From positions 1-64,000 of the forward strand of contig CAWJTV010000005.1 in NCBI GenBank assembly GCA_963845755.1: DNA of 64,000 bases, written 5' to 3'. The stretch comes from an uncultured Planctomycetota bacterium (GTDB taxonomy: Bacteria; Planctomycetota; Planctomycetia; Isosphaerales; Isosphaeraceae). Position 1 is the stretch's first letter. Every line of letters begins with the position of its first letter. The notes under the pieces were generated by a model. The model was not told the origin of the DNA. It did no database searches and saw only the letters and a program-made list of their open reading frames with translations. Positions 62,274 to 64,000 of the stretch are shown here, piece by piece. The position numbers and the translations under genes are program-made.

Positions 62274-64000
62274 GACTCACTCTGAGAAAAAAGCTGACAA
62301 CTGCCCTCGTTCTCTTCGGCGTGGTGCCCGCGGCTTGCGTCGCCGCGTTCGCGTTCCGGGCCATGGACGATTACAAGGACAAACAAAGGATCCTCATCCG
62401 CCAGGCGGCGGCCTCCATCGCCACTCACCTTCGGCCGGAATTGGAGACCCATCTCAAGGACCTCAAGGCGGGGGCGAGCCTGACCTTTGACGATAATGAG
62501 CGGCTCGTGATCGAACAGCGGATCCGAGCAATCCTCGACAACTACAAGCTCGAGACGGCCAAGGTCTATCTGGTCGATCCCCGCAGCAAGGTCCTCCTCA
62601 AGCGGCAGGATACCGGCTTCTTCGACTTCAACCAGCAGAATCCCTCCAATTACCTCGGCCGATACGACAGGGTCGTCAACAACGCCAAGAACCGCCCTCA
62701 TTTCGAGGAGGTCGAGGCGTCCGAGAACCCCCTGGAGAAGATACCGGCCGAGGTCGTGGGTACCTCGCCCGTTCCGCTGACCACATTCGATCCGAAGCAG
62801 GATAATCAGGGCTACAATGTGCTGACCATCGTCCCTCGCAAGGACGCTTACCAGATGATGTATAACAACCAGATTCTCATCGGCTGGATCCTGGGTTTAT
62901 CATTGACCCTGACGCTGGTCCTGGGCTGGTTCATGGGGCTCTGGTTCGTCCGTCCGCTACACCAGATCATCGACGTCACGCGGAAGCTCCAGGAGGGCCA
63001 ACTTTACAACCGTACCGAGGTCCGACGCGACGACGAACTCGGCGAGCTGGCGACCCAGGTGAACTCGGTCGTGGACAAGTGGGCCGAGCTGATCAGCCAG
63101 ATCCGGACCATGACGGCTTCGGTGTCAACGGCCAGTAACGAGCTGAATTCGAGCGCACATCAGTTGGCTCAAGGTTCCTCGGAGCAGGCGGCCACCCTCC
63201 AAGAGATTGCCGGCAGTCTCCAATCGGTGGACGCTTCGGTCGGCCGGAACGCCCAGCACGCCCGAGAGACCGCGCGCATGGCCAACGAGGCGAGTGGTCA
63301 GGCGGAGAAAGGCGGCGAAGCGGTCCGCGAGACCGTCGTGGCGATGCGCGAGATTACCCAGAAAATCCTTATTGTGGATGATATCGCCTATCAGACCAAT
63401 CTCCTGGCACTGAATGCGGCCATCGAAGCGGCTCGTGCCGGGGCGCATGGCAAGGGATTCGCCGTCGTTGCGGGCGAGGTTCGAAAACTCGCCGAACGGA
63501 GTCAGGCCGCCGCTCAGCAAATCAGCGACCTTGCCAAGAAAAGCGTCGCCGTGGCCGAGAATGCCGGCATGCTCTTGGATAAAACCGTACCCCAAATCCG
63601 GGATACCTCCCACCTCATTCAGGAGATCGCCGCGGCATCCCAAGAGCAAATGTCGGCCATTCGCGAAATCAACCTGGGCGTCAGCCAGTTGGAGGAAGTC
63701 GTGCAACAGAATGCCGCGGCCAGTCATGAACTGTCGGGGACGTCCAATGACCTGGCAGCGCATTCCACCAGCCTGCAGCAGAAAGTCAACTTTTTTCAGC
63801 TTGATACGACGGGTAACGGATACTTCGGGGGGGGATCGACGAGCCGGCCCTCGCTGAGTTCCGGCCTGCGCCGACCCGCTCCGGCGCCCCGGCGGCTCAC
63901 CGCGCCTCGACAGCGACCCAATCACGGCGGTGTGGTTGATGGCCAGCACGGGAGCATCCATGCATCCGCTCCAATGCAGGCACCTGCGTCCGCCTTGTCG
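62270..64000 (+). CDS. Methyl-accepting chemotaxis protein (TM-sensor-TM-HAMP-MCP signal), 3'-partial; absent from the ORF track
   Basis: ATGA overlap with che[51 protein letters not shown]. Confidence 0.95.
   Translation, partial: MRLTLRKKLTTALVLFGVVPAACVAAFAFRAMDDYKDKQRILIRQAAASIATHLRPELETHLKDLKAGASLTFDDNERLVIEQRIRAILDNYKLETAKVYLVDPRSKVLLKRQDTGFFDFNQQNPSNYLGRYDRVVNNAKNRPHFEEVEASENPLEKIPAEVVGTSPVPLTTFDPKQDNQGYNVLTIVPRKDAYQMMYNNQILIGWILGLSLTLTLVLGWFMGLWFVRPLHQIIDVTRKLQEGQLYNRTEVRRDDELGELATQVNSVVDKWAELISQIRTMTASVSTASNELNSSAHQLAQGSSEQAATLQEIAGSLQSVDASVGRNAQHARETARMANEASGQAEKGGEAVRETVVAMREITQKILIVDDIAYQTNLLALNAAIEAARAGAHGKGFAVVAGEVRKLAERSQAAAQQISDLAKKSVAVAENAGMLLDKTVPQIRDTSHLIQEIAAASQEQMSAIREINLGVSQLEEVVQQNAAASHELSGTSNDLAAHSTSLQQKVNFFQLDTTGNGYFGGGSTSRPSLSSGLRRPAPAPRRLTAPRQRPNHGGVVDGQHGSIHASAPMQAPASALS

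Overview
GC-rich bacterial chromosomal DNA, most likely Planctomycetota (Isosphaeraceae-like). This is inferred from LExRxLL-type secretion leaders, a PEP-CTERM protein, zinc-ribbon SpoVG, PurS-fused PurL and the repeat families. Single-base frameshifts interrupt many genes, including purL, purQ, tdh and tyrA, so they are treated as long-read assembly errors. Layout: (1) 1-6728, the right arm of a prophage/satellite-like element abutting the 3' end of tRNA-Asp(GTC), with a hidden RHH repressor, divergent promoters, small early genes and an HTH replication-initiator-like gene. That replication module is bracketed by two hairpins with an identical 19-nt loop on different but still complementary stems, and is preceded by a ~200-nt multibranch structure able to sequester that loop. 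This is the best novelty candidate. (2) Hybrid histidine kinase, Ser/Thr kinase with tandem DUF2934-like domains, and an IS4 with 10-bp TSD. (3) A nucleotide-sugar operon with a GHMP-kinase/UDP-sugar-pyrophosphorylase fusion, then tdh-kbl. (4) Two paralogous giant secreted proteins, one a true pseudogene, sharing a ~470-bp duplicated upstream region. (5) PEP-CTERM, glpD, a TPP enzyme, a prenyltransferase-repeat protein, tyrA-purL-NYN-purQ-TPR/GT, spoVG-ispE and hemH. (6) A PP2C-STAS-CheY-CheA-MCP chemosensory cluster running off the right edge. Intergenic DNA is rich in small non-autonomous elements: five copies of a ~150-bp heptamer-hairpin element, REP-like palindromes, and a MITE nested in a REP. 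All family calls are from motif recognition by eye; no searches were run.
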